A DNA stretch of 32,000 bases. It comes from Candidatus Saccharimonadota bacterium. Lineage in GTDB: Bacteria > Pseudomonadota > Gammaproteobacteria > Enterobacterales > Enterobacteriaceae. Under the pieces are notes generated by a model, which was given only the letters and a program-made list of their open reading frames with translations, was not told the DNA's origin and did no database searches. The translations under genes were made by a program, and so were the position numbers. Below, in pieces: positions 20,026 through 29,770 of the stretch; the first letter of the stretch is position 1, and every line of letters starts with the position of its first letter. The DNA lies in contig NZ_CP046533.1 in NCBI RefSeq assembly GCF_014857065.1, positions 696,117-728,116 on the forward strand. The letters run 5' to 3'.

Positions 20026-21762
20026 TTACATTTGTTCTGTTGTTTCAATTCCTAATAGATTTAATCCTTTTTTTAAAATTTTAGCGGTTAATATTAATAA
20101 TTTCAATCTACTATGTCGTGTGATTTGATTTTGTGTTTTTAAAATAGAACAAAATTCATAAAAAGAAGAAAATAATGTAGCTATTTTATAAAGATAAGAA
20201 CACAATACATGTGGAGTACCGTTTTTTGCTACTATAGTAATAGTTTCTTCGAAACGGAGGAGATACAGAGCTAATTGAATTTCTTGCTGTGATTCCAATT
20301 TTATTTCTTTTGTTAATTTCTCTTGTTCTTTTTTGCTATTTTTTAGAATAGAATTGGCGCGAGTGAATGCATATAGTATATATGGAGCTGTATTTCCTTC
20401 GAAATTCAACATTTTATTCCAATCAAATATGTAGTTTGTTGCACGGTTTTTTGACAAGTCGGCATATTTTATAGCACCAATACTAATAATTTGTGCTAGT
20501 CTTTTTATATTTACTGAATTTTTATTGTAGTTTTTGCTTAATATGAAATTATATGCTTTTTCTAAACCTTCATCTAATAATTTTTTAAGTTTTACAGTGT
20601 TTCCTGATCTAGTTTTAAATGGTCTACCTTTCTTATCAAGTATCATGCCAAACATATGATGTTCTAAGGATACATATTTATTTATATATCCAGCTTTACG
20701 CGCAATGTTCCACACCTGGTTAAGATGTTGATGTTGACGATAATCAGTATAGTAAATTATTCTATCTGCTTTTAATATTTCAGAACGATATTTTATACAG
20801 GCAATATCGGTAGTTGTATACAGATACGATCCGTCTTTTTTTTGAATAATTACGCCCATTTTTTTGCCTTGTTTGTTTTTTACATGGTCAAGGTATATTA
20901 CAGTAGCTCCAAAACTTATTACTGCTAATTTTTTGTTTTTTAGATCTTTTATCATATTAGGTATCATATTTCGATACATACTTTCGCCCATGATATTATT
21001 TTCCTGTAAGGTAATATTCAGGCGTTCATAGATTTTTTGATTTTCTTTAATAGTTGCTCGTATTAATTTTTTCCATATTTTAAAAGAGTAATCGTCACCA
21101 TTTTGCAATTTTACGACGTATTCTTGTGCCATTTTTGCAAAGTGTGGATTTTGATCATATTCTTTTTTAGCTTTTCTATAATATTTTTCTAATTTATTAA
21201 TATTAATTTTTTTATAAAATTGATCGTTAAGTTTTATTTGTTTCATATAAGCGATTAACATACCAAATTGAGTTCCCCAATCTCCTATATGATTAACACG
21301 AATTACATTATGACCTAAAAGTGATAAAGTACGTGCCATTGCATCTCCTATTACAGTAGATCGTAAATGTCCTATATGCATTTCTTTTGCCATATTAGGA
21401 GATGAGTAATCAATTATGATAGTTTTAGGAATTACAGAAGGTATACCAAATTTATTTTTAGAATATATTTGATTAATTTGTTGAGCTATCCAATTTGATT
21501 TTAGAAAAATATTAATAAAACCAGGTTCAACTATTTCTATTTTACTAGATATATCATTGATTTGAACTAAATTTATGATTTTGGAAGCAAGTTGTTTAGG
21601 ACATATATTCAATTTTTTTGCTATGTTTATTATTCCATTAATTTGATAATCTCCGAATTCTATTTTACTAGACTGTTGTATGTTTACTTTATATACAGCT
21701 GGAATACTTGCATGAATAAAAGTCTTTTTAATTATTTTTGTAAGAAGTAATTTAATATTCAT
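20026..21762 (-). CDS. argS: Arginyl-tRNA synthetase
   Basis: The 578-aa ORF is colinear with E. coli ArgS (577 aa as I recall). Shared strings are SSPN.AKEMH.GHLRST.IGDA..R, NH.GDWGTQFGMLIA, GVIIQKKDG.YLYTTTDIAC.KYR, LEHHMFGM and KYADLSKNR..YIFDW, with a C-terminal IETTEQM. Confidence 0.96.
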   Translation of the reverse strand: MNIKLLLTKIIKKTFIHASIPAVYKVNIQQSSKIEFGDYQINGIINIAKKLNICPKQLASKIINLVQINDISSKIEIVEPGFINIFLKSNWIAQQINQIYSKNKFGIPSVIPKTIIIDYSSPNMAKEMHIGHLRSTVIGDAMARTLSLLGHNVIRVNHIGDWGTQFGMLIAYMKQIKLNDQFYKKININKLEKYYRKAKKEYDQNPHFAKMAQEYVVKLQNGDDYSFKIWKKLIRATIKENQKIYERLNITLQENNIMGESMYRNMIPNMIKDLKNKKLAVISFGATVIYLDHVKNKQGKKMGVIIQKKDGSYLYTTTDIACIKYRSEILKADRIIYYTDYRQHQHLNQVWNIARKAGYINKYVSLEHHMFGMILDKKGRPFKTRSGNTVKLKKLLDEGLEKAYNFILSKNYNKNSVNIKRLAQIISIGAIKYADLSKNRATNYIFDWNKMLNFEGNTAPYILYAFTRANSILKNSKKEQEKLTKEIKLESQQEIQLALYLLRFEETITIVAKNGTPHVLCSYLYKIATLFSSFYEFCSILKTQNQITRHSRLKLLILTAKILKKGLNLLGIETTEQM

Positions 21763-22304
21763 AATTTATGTTACGTTGAGGTTATGTTTTTAAAATTTTT
21801 ATTTTAGAAATTAGGCTGTTACAATAAATAATGTATTGATGGATTAATTTAGTATATTATACGCTGTGTTTTGTGTTTTTTAATATAACCTATTCTAATT
21901 ATAGTAATCTATTATTAATTTAATTAAATATTTTAAATTGTGCATTATATTATAGATTGTTTTAAGTTGTAATAATTTATATTTTAGATAATGTGCTCAT
22001 TGTTTTTCCATGCATATACATAGTAAGGTATGGTTTATTAGTTTTTTATTAAAATGTAAATGAGTATCTTATATGATATTATTTTCGAAATAGTTTCTAT
22101 TTTATTTTATGATATTTATAAATAAATAGACTATTTGTTCTATTTAAATTGTTAATTTTATTTATGGTTTATGTTCGCAATGCTGGGCTTATTTAATTTG
22201 TAATTGTTAATAAGCATGAATTCTATTAAAATTATTCTAATTTCTTACTTTATCAGTTTGTTTTATATTTGTTGTCATTAAATAATAAGTAGAGTAGTAA
22301 ATTT

Positions 22305-24050
22305 ATGCGTACTATATATTGTGGAGAGTTAGATTTATTTCATGTTGGATTAGAAGTAACATTATGTGGTTGGGTGAATAGGTATCGTAATATTGGGCAT
22401 TTAATTTTTATTGATCTTCGCGATCGTGAGGGATGTATACAAGTGGTGTTTATTTCTAAACACAAAGAAGCTTTTGTTATTGCTTCTGAATTGCGTAATG
22501 AATTTTGTGTACAGTTAGTCGGCATTGTTAGAATGCGTCCAAAACTTTGTATTAAAAGCACAAAAAATATTGAGAAAATTGAAGTATTAGCTACACGGTT
22601 AATTATCTTAAGTCGTTCTGAATTTTTACCATTAGATTTTCATCAGAATAATTTTGAAGAAAAAAGATTAAGATATCGTTATCTTGATTTGCGTAGTTCA
22701 AATATGACAAAAAGATTGAAAATTCGTTCCATTGTCACAAGCTGTATTAGAAATTTTATGGAATCAGAAGGGTTTTGGGATATTGAAACTCCTTTATTAG
22801 CAAAAATAACTTTAGAAGGTGCTCGTGATTATTTAGTACCCAGTAGGGTGCATAAAGGTAAGTTTTTTGCTTTATCTCAATCCCCTCAACTATTTAAACA
22901 GTTATTAATGATTTCAGGTTTTGATCGTTATTATCAGATTGTTAAATGTTTTCGTGATGAGGATTTGCGGTCTGATCGTCAGCCGGAATTTACTCAGATT
23001 GATATTGAAACTTCTTTTACGACTGCTATTCAAGTGCGTGAAATTATGGAACGTTTAATAAGAAGCATATGGCAAAAGATTATAGGCATTGATTTAGGAA
23101 TGTTTCCTCAATTTAGTTATGCTGAAGTAATGCGGAGATTTGGTTCTGATAAACCAGATTTGCGTATTCCCATCGAAATAATAGATATAATTGATTTAGT
23201 AAATCAAGTAGAGTTAGATTTTTTTTCTGATGCAATTAATAATAAAGGTCGCATTGCTTTGCTTAAAGTTTCTGGAGGATCAATTTTAAATAAAGATCAA
23301 ATAAAAAATTATGTTCAATTTGTTCAATCATATGGTGTTAAAGAATTATTATGGATTAAAGTTCATGTATGTTCTGATGGTATTAGAAAAATTTATAGTC
23401 CAGTTTCTATTTTTTTCACTTCTTATGTTGTTGATGCTATTTTAGCTAGAAGTGAAGCTAATAATGGGGATATTATTTTTATTGCAGCAGGATCTACTAA
23501 ATTAGTTACTGATGCACTTGGTGCTTTGAGAATTAAATTAGGTTTAGAATTACATTTAATACATTATGATAGTTGGATGCCTTTGTGGATAGTGGATTTT
23601 CCAATGTTCAAAAAAAATGATGAAGGTGATATTGTAGCCATGCATCATGCATTTACAGCTCCTATGAAAAATATTGATACACAAATGTTAAAATCCAGTC
23701 CATTTACAGCTATTGCGGATTCTTATGATATGGTAATTAATGGATATGAAATAGGTAGTGGTTCCGTACGTATTAATTGTCTTAATATGCAACGAGTTGT
23801 TCTTTCTATTTTAGGTATTAGTGAACATGAGCAAAATGAAAAATTCGGGTGTTTACTTGATGCCTTAAAATATGGCGCCCCACCTCATGCTGGTTTTGCT
23901 TTTGGTCTTGATAGATTAATTATGTTATTAACAGGCGTGAATAGTATTCGTGATGTGATTGCTTTTCCAAAAACTACTGCATCTTCTGATTTGATGCTTA
24001 ATGCTCCTAGTTTTAGTGATGATGAAGCTTTAAATAAATTGTGTTATTGA
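22305..24050 (+). CDS. aspS: Aspartyl-tRNA synthetase
   Basis: The 581-aa ORF starts MRT.YCG.L, then [21 protein letters not shown]. It has the class II motifs [45 protein letters not shown] and G.AFGLDRL.MLLTG...[10 protein letters not shown]. Confidence 0.96.
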   Translation: MRTIYCGELDLFHVGLEVTLCGWVNRYRNIGHLIFIDLRDREGCIQVVFISKHKEAFVIASELRNEFCVQLVGIVRMRPKLCIKSTKNIEKIEVLATRLIILSRSEFLPLDFHQNNFEEKRLRYRYLDLRSSNMTKRLKIRSIVTSCIRNFMESEGFWDIETPLLAKITLEGARDYLVPSRVHKGKFFALSQSPQLFKQLLMISGFDRYYQIVKCFRDEDLRSDRQPEFTQIDIETSFTTAIQVREIMERLIRSIWQKIIGIDLGMFPQFSYAEVMRRFGSDKPDLRIPIEIIDIIDLVNQVELDFFSDAINNKGRIALLKVSGGSILNKDQIKNYVQFVQSYGVKELLWIKVHVCSDGIRKIYSPVSIFFTSYVVDAILARSEANNGDIIFIAAGSTKLVTDALGALRIKLGLELHLIHYDSWMPLWIVDFPMFKKNDEGDIVAMHHAFTAPMKNIDTQMLKSSPFTAIADSYDMVINGYEIGSGSVRINCLNMQRVVLSILGISEHEQNEKFGCLLDALKYGAPPHAGFAFGLDRLIMLLTGVNSIRDVIAFPKTTASSDLMLNAPSFSDDEALNKLCY

Positions 24051-24732
24051 TATTATTAAACGAGTATAGATTTCTTATAAGATAAAGGGCTTGGATTCTT
24101 GTATTTATCAATTAAGATTAGAGTTTAAATATTATATATATAAATATTACACTTTAAACCTTATTTTTATAAAGTTGCGTTATTAAAATATTTTAATGAA
24201 ATAGCTTTGTAAATTAATCATTAGGATTACAGGTCACTCCGTGGGATAATTTTTATTTATTAGAGTTTATTTGAGTTGTTTATGTTAGTTTAATTGGTAA
24301 ATTTTAAATATATAGTAACATCAAATGTTAAATAATATGAATTGAAACTACATTTTCGATGAAATAGTTTTAATTTTTAGTTTTATTTATTTTTTAGTAG
24401 ATATTATTTTTGTTCAATCATTTTGTTTTTGTTTATTAATTTCTTAATTTTAAAATGGTTTTGTATTATTCAGACGAAATATAATGTTATTTATTCATTA
24501 ATAATGTATTAAATGTTTATCTGAAATTTATGTTATTTTATTCAATTTTATTATTTATTTTGAAGTTTAGTGTATTGTTATTTTAAATAATTTGTATTTA
24601 TAAAATTAGGTTTATCTATTGATAGGTACAGTGGTACTATATTTTATGTTTAGGATATGATATTCTTATTTGAATAAATTTGTTCATAAAATCTTTTTTA
24701 ATTTTAAATATTTACATTTTGTTTTTCTAATA

Positions 24733-25989
24733 ATGCCTAGTTGTTTATTTAAATTACAAAAAATGACATTGTTATTTTTAACATTGTCAATTACGATTAT
24801 GTTTATTTATAAATTTTATATTTGTTTTTTTATTTATCATAATTTTCAAAACTGCATTATTTTAATTGAGCAAAAATCCTTCAGAAATTTATTTCATCAA
24901 ACTAATATAGTTGATAAACATGAATTATTTGAAATTAATTTTAATAATAATAGATTTATTAACAATAAAATGTGTAATGTTACATATGTTCGTGATGAAA
25001 TATATGTTAATGATTTTACTATACGTAATATGGTATTTTTTAATTTAAAATCTGTGTGTTTTTATGATATTAAATATTTAATCTTGTTTTTATTACAAAT
25101 TTTTTTAGGGAAAATTAAACAATATTTACCCATAAATTTTTTATATCAAGAAAAAATAATAGAATTTTTAGATGATGATCTTTTATCACGACATGTTTTA
25201 ATACAAGAATCTGAATTTTGGCATAAGAAAACCATCATTATTCAAAATGATGGTAATTTTATTTCTAACCTTCGTGCTGCTGGATTAACTGATAATGATA
25301 TTAGTATCATATATCAAGCTTTGCAATGGCAGTTAGATTTATGTTCTTTGCGAAAAGGGGATCAATTTTCAATTCTTATATCACGTAAACGTTTTGATAA
25401 AAAAAAAAATTATGGGACTTTACTTGGAATGAAATTACATGCAGGGGATAAGGATTATTATGCATTTCGCACTAAGGATGGGAATTTCTGTAATTTAAAA
25501 GCAATGTGTCCTTCTGAAGGTTTTATGAGATTTCCTATTGTAAAAAAATTTCGCATTTCTTCTACTTTTAATATGCATCGATTAAATCCGGTGACTGGTC
25601 GTATTTCTCCTCATTGTGGAGTAGATTTTGCTGTTCCTATTGGTACTCCAGTTTTTGCTGTTGGGGGCGGAGAGGTGATAATTAGTAAATATGGGGGATT
25701 AATTACTGGTAATTATATAGCTATTCGTCATAATTGTAAATGTATCACACGATATATGCATTTAAAAAAAATTTTAGTTAAACGTGGTCAGAAGGTAAAA
25801 ATGGGAGATAATATTGCTTTATCTGGTAATACGGGTAGAACTACGGGACCTCATTTGCATTTTGAAATTTGGGTTAATAAGCGAGCTGTTAATCCATTAA
25901 CTATTAAATTATTGCATATCAACAGTTTAAGTGGTTCTGATCGTTCTGCCTATATGTCTTATATTCAAAATATATTACCCCAATTATAG
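24733..25989 (+). CDS. mepM: Murein DD-endopeptidase MepM (YebA), M23 peptidase
   Basis: The C-terminal ~240 aa are colinear with E. coli MepM (NLRAAGLT, QWQ.D...L.KGD.F, DYYA.R, GF.RFP....FRISS.FN..R.NPVTGR..PH.GVDFA.P.GTPV, TRYMHL.KILVK.GQKVK.GD.IALSGNTGR.TGPHLH.E.W.N..AVNPLT). The M23 zinc motifs HxxxD and HLH are intact. The N-terminal half is highly diverged and AT-biased. The start is ambiguous among TTG 24670 (track), ATG 24733 (chosen) and ATG 24763. Confidence 0.88.
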   Translation: MPSCLFKLQKMTLLFLTLSITIMFIYKFYICFFIYHNFQNCIILIEQKSFRNLFHQTNIVDKHELFEINFNNNRFINNKMCNVTYVRDEIYVNDFTIRNMVFFNLKSVCFYDIKYLILFLLQIFLGKIKQYLPINFLYQEKIIEFLDDDLLSRHVLIQESEFWHKKTIIIQNDGNFISNLRAAGLTDNDISIIYQALQWQLDLCSLRKGDQFSILISRKRFDKKKNYGTLLGMKLHAGDKDYYAFRTKDGNFCNLKAMCPSEGFMRFPIVKKFRISSTFNMHRLNPVTGRISPHCGVDFAVPIGTPVFAVGGGEVIISKYGGLITGNYIAIRHNCKCITRYMHLKKILVKRGQKVKMGDNIALSGNTGRTTGPHLHFEIWVNKRAVNPLTIKLLHINSLSGSDRSAYMSYIQNILPQL

Positions 25990-26240
25990 TAGTTGTTTGT
26001 GAATAGGTTAATTTTAATATATTAACTGTTGTTAAGTTTTGAATTTTTTCTATGGTATAGATATAGGTTGCTTGAAATTTTAGTTTGAATGTTTAAATAA
26101 TAAACTAGTCTTATGTGTTATTTTTAATTTGTAGTTTAAGTTTTACTAAATCTATATTTGATATATTAAAAAGAATAATTTTATTTTGGTAAATGGATTT
26201 TATTAAAATAGTGTAATGTATTTAAAAATCGTTGTTTTTA

Positions 26241-26300
26241 AATAACGTAATCTTTTCTTCAAGAAAGATACGCTGTATCAAAGAAAGAGATTACGTTGTT
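26241..26300. terminator. Long imperfect hairpin (about 21-24 bp), candidate relic bidirectional terminator between lpxM and pykA remnants / mepM terminator
   Basis: I paired it by hand. Bases 26244-26253 AACGTAATCT pair with 26288-26297 AGATTACGTT. G26287 is bulged. Bases 26254-26259 TTTCTT pair with 26281-26286 AAGAAA. The inner stem is GATAC(26267-26271)/GTATC(26275-26279) with loop GCT. Three more outer pairs are possible (26241-43 with 26298-300). No clean U-tract follows on either strand. Confidence 0.4.
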
Positions 26301-26435
26301 ATGTTTGTTATTAGTATGTTTTCTATATAATTAATTGTGTAAAGATACTTTAGATGTAAAATATAATATTATTTGATTTGTAAGATTCATAAGATATTTT
26401 TTATGTTGTTTTATCTAATATATTTATAAGTTCAT

Positions 26436-26878
26436 TTATATAATTATTACAGAATTTCCTGGTGTAATAAATTTTTCTTGATTTAATAAATGAATAGTAA
26501 ATATAGTTGTAGTTAAGTCTTTTATTTTTATTACAATAATTGTTGTGATTTCGCGATGAAAAGAAATGGTATTCAAAATTTTTTTTGATAAGACAAGTAT
26601 TGGTTGTTTAATTTAATATTTGACATATTTAAAGCAACATTTTCTGATTCTATAAGAGAGGTTATGGACTTCATTATTTATAAAGTATTACATTTTTTGA
26701 TTGGTTAATGTAAATATTATAATTATAACGATTCTTTAGTATCTATATAAATGTTATTCATTGCTGCGACAATTTCATTTGTAAATTGACCAATAATAGT
26801 TTCAACTAGAAGTACTGATGTTTTTTTTTCGTTTCGCACAGTATAAGTCATATCTATTGGTTCTTTGTAAATAGTCAT
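26436..26878 (-). pseudogene. pykA: Eroded pyruvate kinase II (pykA) remnant, N-terminal ~145 codons with multiple stops and at least one frameshift
   Basis: Minus-strand frame 1 from ATG 26878 reads MTIYKEPIDMTYTVRNEKKTSVLLVETIIGQFTNEIVAAMNNIYIDTKESL*. The same frame continues through 4 stops to MKSITSLIESENVALNMSNIKLNNQYLSYQKKF*. After an A8 run the signal shifts frame to PILVLSKKILNTISFHREITTIIVIKIKDLTTTIFTIHLLNQEKFITPGNSVIII* (stop 26436-26438). The order and spacing of KKT.V (PykA RTKIV), IVAAMN (IAAGAN), NVAL (HVAIL), P.I.V.S (PKIRVS) and ITPGNSVII (VVPGDILLL, 47 vs 49 residues after the PKIR proline) follow E. coli PykA as I recall it. Position and orientation are as in E. coli (between lpxM and hexR). 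Weaker traces may continue down to about 26300. Confidence 0.45.
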
Positions 26879-26958
26879 CGCATTATTAATCGTTGATTAT
26901 ATCATTTGTGTTATTGTGATTTATACTTTGTTTAATGTTCTTGTTATTTTGTTAGTTT

Positions 26959-27587
26959 TTATATTTTTATTGATTCTTGATTACTTATTTTTACTTTTAT
27001 ATTTTTGCGTATCACCGTGATTACATCTGAATCTGGAATAATATTATTTATGTTTTATTGAAAGACATTATTTTCATGTTTTAAATTTTTGAAGTAACTT
27101 TTTTCATTATTTTTAGTTTTGATGAAGAATTTATCTTGTATAGCTTCTATTTTCACTGATGCAAGGACAAGGCATCGTAAGACATTTAATATTGTTTTAA
27201 CGGCAGTAATAATATCAATTTTATTTTTTTTGTTAAAGTTTTGCAGATATTTTACTTCTTAATTTATTCTTTTTTATTATTTGGTATAATAATTCATCTA
27301 TTATCATTTTGGTATGTATTTGTACGTTTTGTATTTTCATTACTTTTAATTTCATTCGTTTATTCTTTAGTAATAAGATATCATTTGGTTATGTATTATT
27401 TGGTAATTCTTTATAGTTTATGTTTACCTTTTGTTTGCTGTCTTTTATATGATATTCTGTAATCAAGTGCGACAACTGTTAACTTTTAAAGTTCTTTTTT
27501 AAAAAGAAGGTATCCGTGTTTTGGTCCTTGTAAGTTTTCTAGAATAGTTATGTGTTTTTTAATTTATTTGCAGTCCTTTTTATTCAT
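26959..27587 (-). pseudogene. hexR: Eroded hexR (RpiR-family HTH + SIS regulator) remnant, divergent from zwf
   Basis: One minus-strand frame (27587-27412) reads MNKKDCK*IKKHITILENLQGPKHGYLLFKKEL*KLTVVALDYRISYKRQQTKGKHKL*. Compare the HexR N-terminal HTH region MLEKIQ...SERKV...MALEANVS. After a frameshift, a second frame (27258-26959) reads EVKYLQNFNKKNKIDIITAVKTILNVLRCLVLASVKIEAIQDKFFIKTKNNEKSYFKNLKHENNVFQ*NINNIIPDSDVITVIRKNIKVKISNQESIKI*. Compare the HexR SIS domain INRAVDLL...GLGSSAAVAHDAMNKFFRFN...DGDVVVLISHTGRTK. The pieces are colinear and in the orientation of E. coli hexR relative to zwf and pykA. About 600 nt remain of an expected ~870. Confidence 0.55.
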
Positions 27588-28270
27588 ATTGAGTTTGTGA
27601 AAAATGTTTTTTGTATTTCTGTGATGAAAATTTAATTGAATTATACTAATCTTTAAATAAATAAGTTTTAAGATTCTTATCATTATTAGTAATGGGTCTA
27701 ATTTTATAATTATTTTATAATATTTTTGATTTTGTGTATCTGAATTTCATATATCAAATTAAATTTGTTGTATTTGCGTGTAATTGATTTATTAAGATGA
27801 ATTTAATGCTTAAATTACAGATATTGTTAATGAATGCGTTTTGTTGATTTTGTAAACTATTGTAATATTAGTTAGCATGTGTTCTTATTATATTGTTTAT
27901 AGATATATATAGTTATTAGAGTTTTAAAATTTTTAAGAATATTAGTTATATATTATTGTTTTAGTGTTTTAATACGTTATGCAAAATGGTATTTTGTTTT
28001 AGTTATTTAATTTTATGTATTCTAAATTGATTTTGGTGTTGTCAAGAGCTTTTTTAAAGTTTTTTATTAGTTATTTTATTTTGTATCTAAGATATGTATA
28101 ATTTTAGTAACAGTTGTTTTTCATTTGAATATTTTGAATTAACCTTTATTTACATCTTATTCAGATATTGTAGATGGTGTAAGTATTGATGATATCTAGA
28201 TTGTTTAGCATTATTCATTTTTTGTTATTATAGTATTAATTAATAATAAGTTTTATTGAGGTTAAATAAT

Positions 28271-29770
28271 GTGTTAAAAGTATCTATGGTAGCAAAATCT
28301 TGTAATTTGGTTATTTTTGGCGCCAAAGGGGATTTAGCGCGAAGAAAATTATTGCCATCATTATATTATCTTGAAAAAATAGGAGTAATACATAATTCGA
28401 CACGGATAATTGCTGTTGCTCGTGCAGATTGGAATACTCAAATGTATATTGAAGTTATTCGTGAATCGCTAGAAACTTTTATGCAGGAATCTGTTAATGA
28501 AATTTTATGGAAAAATTTTAGTGAAAGATTTGTTTTCTGTAATTTGGATGTAAATGAAACTAAATTATTTAATATTTTGGAGAATAAATTATCTTCTTCA
28601 ACGGAAGTTAATATTTATTATTTTGCTGTGCCTCCAAACACTTTTGGTGCTATTTGTAAAGGATTAAGTTTTATTAATTTGAATCAGGAGCCAAATTGTA
28701 TAGTAATGGAAAAGCCATTAGGTATTAATTTGGCTTCAGCACAAATAATTAACAATCAAGTAGCTAAATATTTTAATGAACACCAGATTTATCGTGTTGA
28801 TCATTATTTAGGTAAAGAAACTATTTTAAATTTACTAGCTTTGCGTTTTGCCAATTCTTTATTTATCTCTAATTGGAACAATCGTATTATAGATCATGTG
28901 CAAATTACTGTAGCGGAAGAAATTGGTATAGAAGGTCGTTGGGGCTATTTCGATAATATTGGACAAATGCGAGATATGATTCAAAGCCATCTATTACAAA
29001 TTTTAAGTATCGTAGCTATGTCTCCACCTTTAAATTTAACTGCTGATTGTATAAAGGATGAAAAAGTGAAAGTATTACGCGCTTTACGCAAAATTCACAG
29101 TGACAGTATATGTGATTATGTAGTGAGAGGTCAATATACTTCTGGTTTTATAAATGGTCAAGCAGTTCCTGGGTATTTGGAAGAAGTAGGATCAAATAGA
29201 AATAGTTATACGGAAACTTTTGTTTCCATTAGAGTTGATATAGATAATTGGAGATGGTTTGGTGTCCCCTTTTACTTGCGTACAGGGAAGCGTTTGGCTA
29301 CTAAATATTCTGAAATTGTAGTATATTTTAAAAATCCTTTGGTTAACTTATTTATTGATTCTTATAAGATTTTGCCTAACAATAAGTTGACTATTAGATT
29401 ACAACCAGATGAAGGTTTAGATATTCAAATCCTCACTAAGAAACCTGGATTAGAATCTAAATATAATTTGCAGCTTACTAAATTAGATTCAAGTTTTGTT
29501 CAAAATTTCCATTCACAATTTTTGGTTGATGCTCATGCAAGATTGTTGTTAGAAGTTATGTATGGTAGACAGTTGTTATTTGTTCGTCGAGACGAAATAG
29601 AATATTCTTGGAAATGGGTAGATTCAATTACGCAAGTTTGGGAACAAAATATGGATATTTTTTTACCAATAGGATACCAGGCTGGTACTTGGGGTCCTGC
29701 GTCTTCAATGGATATGCTCAAGCGTGATGGTCGTGCTTGGAATATTGTAAAGAAAATCAAAAATTGCTAA
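28271..29770 (+). CDS. zwf: Glucose-6-phosphate 1-dehydrogenase
   Basis: The product is colinear with E. coli Zwf ([98 protein letters not shown]). The track ORF starts at TTG 28256. GTG 28271 lies 9 nt after GAGG (28258-28261) and gives an E. coli-length N-terminus. ATG 28286 is the alternative. Confidence 0.95.
   Translation: [499 protein letters not shown]

Noticed and set aside
24225-24255. A slightly GC-richer island (ACAGGTCACTCCGTGGGATAA) translates as ITGHSVG or LQVTPWDN. I considered it a nudB (Nudix, WQSVTGSVEEGE) relic downstream of aspS.
   Set aside because: Only 2-3 residues agree, and no Nudix box (G.5E.7REUXEEXGU) can be traced in any frame. The evidence is insufficient.
27241-27462. 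A 73-aa intergenic ORF (TTG start) encodes a Phe/Leu/Ile/Tyr-rich peptide.
   Set aside because: It has a non-ATG start, no Shine-Dalgarno sequence and an extreme hydrophobic, AT-driven composition. It also lies antisense to the region whose minus strand carries the hexR-like remnant, so it is a by-product of a decaying gene, not a gene.
27779-27819. TGTAATTGATTTATT (27779-27793) and AAATTACA (27812-27819) resemble halves of the HexR operator consensus as I recall it (TGTAATTAAATTACA). They lie in the hexR-zwf spacer.
   Set aside because: These are partial matches only (about 10-11 of 15), roughly 450 nt from the zwf start, in DNA where such A/T-rich words are common. I cannot distinguish them from chance without a scoring matrix and background model.
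2426-29760. Eleven track ORFs lie antisense inside well-supported genes: 2426..2668, 5915..6100, 6602..7060, 7495..7785, 9450..9743, 11130..11402, 11906..12169, 12904..13242 (all +), and 18598..18798, 22340..22561, 29533..29760 (all -).
   Set aside because: Each is fully embedded opposite a CDS with strong homology (metG, hisF, hisA, hisH, hisC, hisD/hisG, hisG, sbcB, murJ, aspS, zwf). Their products are low-complexity or hydrophobic strings with no recognisable motif. They are typical shadow ORFs.
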